NCBI RefSeq assembly: GCF_006345805.1
Contig: NW_021836941.1
Span: 1 to 23,322, forward strand
Direction of reading: 5' to 3'
Source: Octopus sinensis
Lineage: Eukaryota
Length of the DNA: 23,322 nucleotides
Positions 20,768-23,322 of the stretch are shown piece after piece. The notes below the pieces were generated by a model. That model was not told where the DNA came from, searched no databases, and saw only the letters and a program-made list of their open reading frames with translations. The stretch's first letter is position 1; the number at the start of each line of letters is the position of its first letter. Position numbers and translations under genes: made by a program.

Positions 20768-21544
20768 CTATATATATATATATATATATATATAAGTATG
20801 TATCTATGTGTGCATGCATGTGTGCGTGTATATATGCATACCAGTTAACCATAGAAATCATGTTTTGTATTTTATTTCTGAAAAATAATTCCACTGGCCA
20901 GACGATTTAGTAAATTAGATAGCGGCTTCTTCGAATAAACATCTGGTTATACACAGAAGTTTGTACATGAAATCTTCTATAGACACAAGGCAACGTTCTA
21001 TTTCATTTTTATTAATTTTGATGATTATTATAATATTACGTAATCTTGTCCTGCGTGTGTATGTGTGTATGTTTGTGTATCTACCTGTGATAGTATGAGC
21101 AATTTCTGTATGTTTCAGTTTATGGGTGAAAACTATATATGTGAATTTATATAAATTCAGTGAGTCACTATGGAGTGTGTGTGCATATACACGTACGAGA
21201 TGAGTGCGTGCATACTGATGTACGTGCGTGATTTTACATGTGCATCTCCAGGTGCAAGGATTTTTTGTTCTCTTTTACCTGCAGCGCTTTTTTGTATGAC
21301 ATATCCATGCTTGTGTACGTGTCTCTCTGTGTATATATATATATGTGTATGTGAATTATTGTATGTGTGTGAGTGCATGCGAGCAACTGTGTCGTAAGAA
21401 GCTCCTGCGTATACATGAATATGAATATATTTGTGCATGTGCAACAGTGTATATATGCGTCAACTGTGTATCTGTGTAGTATACAATGAGTCCCGTGCCA
21501 TAGTCTGACCACAGCCATGGGCTGAAATCTAAATGAATAGACTT

Positions 21545-21598
21545 TGAATGTCTGTCGGTCTATATGTATGTATTATATATATATGTATGTATGTATAG

Positions 21599-21632
<34 letters not shown>

Positions 21633-22616
21633 TGTATGTATGTATGTATGTATGTATGTATGCATGTATGTATGTATGTATGTATGTGTGTATGTATGTA
21701 TGTATATATTATGTATATATGTATGTATTTATATAGGTATGTGTGTATATATGTATGTATATATTATGTATATATGTATGTATGTATATAGGTATGTATG
21801 TATGTATATATTATGTATATATGTATGTATGTATATAGGTATGTATGTATTATGTATGTATATATTATGTATATATGTATGTATTTATATAGGTATGTAT
21901 GTATGTATGTATATATTATGTATATATGTATTTATATAGGTATGTGTGTATGTATGTATGTATATATTATGTATATATGTATCTACATGTGTATGTATCT
22001 GTGTAGGGTAGGCTCGTAGGTTGATGGGTAAGTAATGTGTGTATGTATGTATGTATGTTTGTTTGTATGTACACATATATATGTATGTAGATAGATAGGT
22101 AGATAAGTAGATAAGCAGATATGTGTGTGTATATATGTATGCGTATTTGTATGTATGTATAGATATGTATGCAAGTATGTATGTATACAGGTAAGTAGTT
22201 ACGTATGTATGCTGGTAGGTAGGTACGTCGGTAAGTATGTGTGTATGTATGTATGTATGTATGTATGTATGTATGTATGTATGTGTGTATACATGCATGT
22301 ATGTATGTTTGTATACAGGTAGGTATGTATGTAGGTACGTGTATTTATATATGCGTGTACGTATGTATGTATTTATGTAAGCGTGGATGTATGTATGTGC
22401 GTGAATATTATGTATACTTGCATATTTATAAATTTTTCAATATGCGTATATACAGACTGTTTAGTACGTATGTGTGTACGAGTAGTGAGCAGGAATATTT
22501 TTCCGTGTACATAATTTTTTGAATTTAAGCGCGTATGTATACACATACACACACGCACACAGATATACATATATATATAATAATATACACACACACACTT
22601 ACACACACACACACAC

Positions 22617-22669
<53 letters not shown>

Positions 22670-22678
22670 ATATATATA
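21545..22678. repeat. Large (TATG)n/(TA)n/(CA)n low-complexity block with an embedded roughly 50-bp minisatellite (about 21700-21985)
   Basis: Anchor TATATTATG at 21705, 21760, 21807, 21861, 21912 and 21963, with ATAGGTATG between the anchors. Confidence 0.93.
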
Positions 22679-22864
22679 ACATGATAGATCGATAGCCACT
22701 ACACACATTTTTTTTCTTTCGTTTCTTTCCGTGTTCCTTTCTGTGGAAGAGAGTAGGCTCGAAACGTAAAAGACTTTTTCAATTCCTGAGCGTTATACTA
22801 ATACATTTGTTTTGTTTTCGACACTACCTGTCTTCTTCTTTTGTTTTTTTTCGTGAAGTCTCCC
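22679..22864 (+). mobile_element. Dispersed roughly 190-bp repeat, copy 3 (best-preserved hammerhead-like motif at 22737-22772)
   Basis: Matches the reverse complement of 14604-14802 and 6061-6250, and is bounded by (TA)n on both sides. Confidence 0.85.
22737..22772 (+). ncRNA. Degenerate minimal type I hammerhead-ribozyme motif
   Basis: CTTT-CTGTGGA-A-GAGA-GTAG-GCTC-GAAA-CGT-A-AAAG: stem I CTTT/AAAG, CUGANGA-like core with A6 to U, stem II, GAAA, palindromic ACGT stem III, GUA triplet. Confidence 0.5.
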
Positions 22865-22878
22865 TATATATATATATA

Positions 22879-23047
22879 TAGTGAATTTATGAAATGTAGT
22901 TCCATAAATCGCATCAGTTTTATAAAAATTGAGAAGACAAGTTGTTAAAATTTATAAGAAGTTTAATTCTTGCAGACGATTGTTTCGTACATAGATATAA
23001 TAATAAAATTGATGGGATTTATGGAACTTCATTTTTTAAATTCATCA
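22879..23047. mobile_element. Older MITE-like element with long inverted repeats
   Basis: 22882-22923 pairs ungapped with 23003-23044 at 37 of 42 positions, with a 79-nt spacer. TA at 22877-22878 and 23048-23049 could be the TSD. Confidence 0.65.
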
Positions 23048-23181
23048 TACATTATATACAAGTATTACTTTCATATCTTGGCAAATTTACGCCAGTAAAC
23101 TCCCAGCAAAGTATGAAGAATCAACATTAGAATTCCGTTTTGGAAACCTCCAATTAAATGACGAATCTACATTCAACTTTT

Positions 23182-23268
23182 ACACACACACACACACACA
23201 TATGGGGAGAGATAGAGCGAGAGGAGAGAGAGAAAGAGAGAGGGAGAGAAAGAGAGAAGGAGAGAGTA
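23182..23268. repeat. (CA)n and GA-rich microsatellite
   Basis: Direct reading. Confidence 0.9.
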
Positions 23269-23322
23269 CAACTTAACGGTTTTGCATAAGAAAATATACT
23301 ACAATAAGGACCAGTTTTTTTT

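Larger units (their letters stand above)
19243..20794. repeat. Tandem duplication, period 776 bp (MITE plus unique flank plus microsatellites)
   Basis: The MITE and about 120 bp of downstream flank are identical in both units. The differences I saw are indels in microsatellites or homopolymers. Confidence 0.93.

Noticed and set aside
19479-20894. Many overlapping ORFs up to 178 aa
   Set aside because: They lie in (TATG)n/(TA)n arrays and the peptides are pure repeat translations.
21255-21315. Strong-looking acceptor TTTTTTGTTCTCTTTTACCTGCAG
   Set aside because: No good donor pairs with it, and the same bases read as a donor on the other strand, so it is uninformative.
21544-22708. ORFs up to 137 aa
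   Set aside because: Microsatellite and minisatellite translations.

Overview
AT-rich, microsatellite-saturated animal genomic DNA, most likely from an octopod cephalopod (inferred from the SINE types and the repeat landscape). I found no intact host gene. About 11 tRNA-derived SINE copies from three head types are present. Degraded non-LTR retroelements include a CR1/L2-group LINE (APE plus internally deleted RT, 3432-5817), an R4/Dong-type RT fragment, an RTE-type 3' end, and a Penelope-like element (RT plus GIY-YIG, about 11490-13680) split by a SINE with a target-site duplication. A 213-bp Tc1/mariner-type MITE is present twice inside a 776-bp tandem duplication, and a second, older MITE-like inverted repeat lies near the window end. 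The best leads are (1) three dispersed copies of a roughly 190-bp repeat carrying a degenerate minimal type I hammerhead-ribozyme fold and (2) a short minus-strand ORF with STPR-like 23-aa repeats of the kind seen at Helitron protein N-termini. Most long ORFs in the supplied track are microsatellite artefacts. Nothing here demonstrates a new biological system; all leads need the stated checks.
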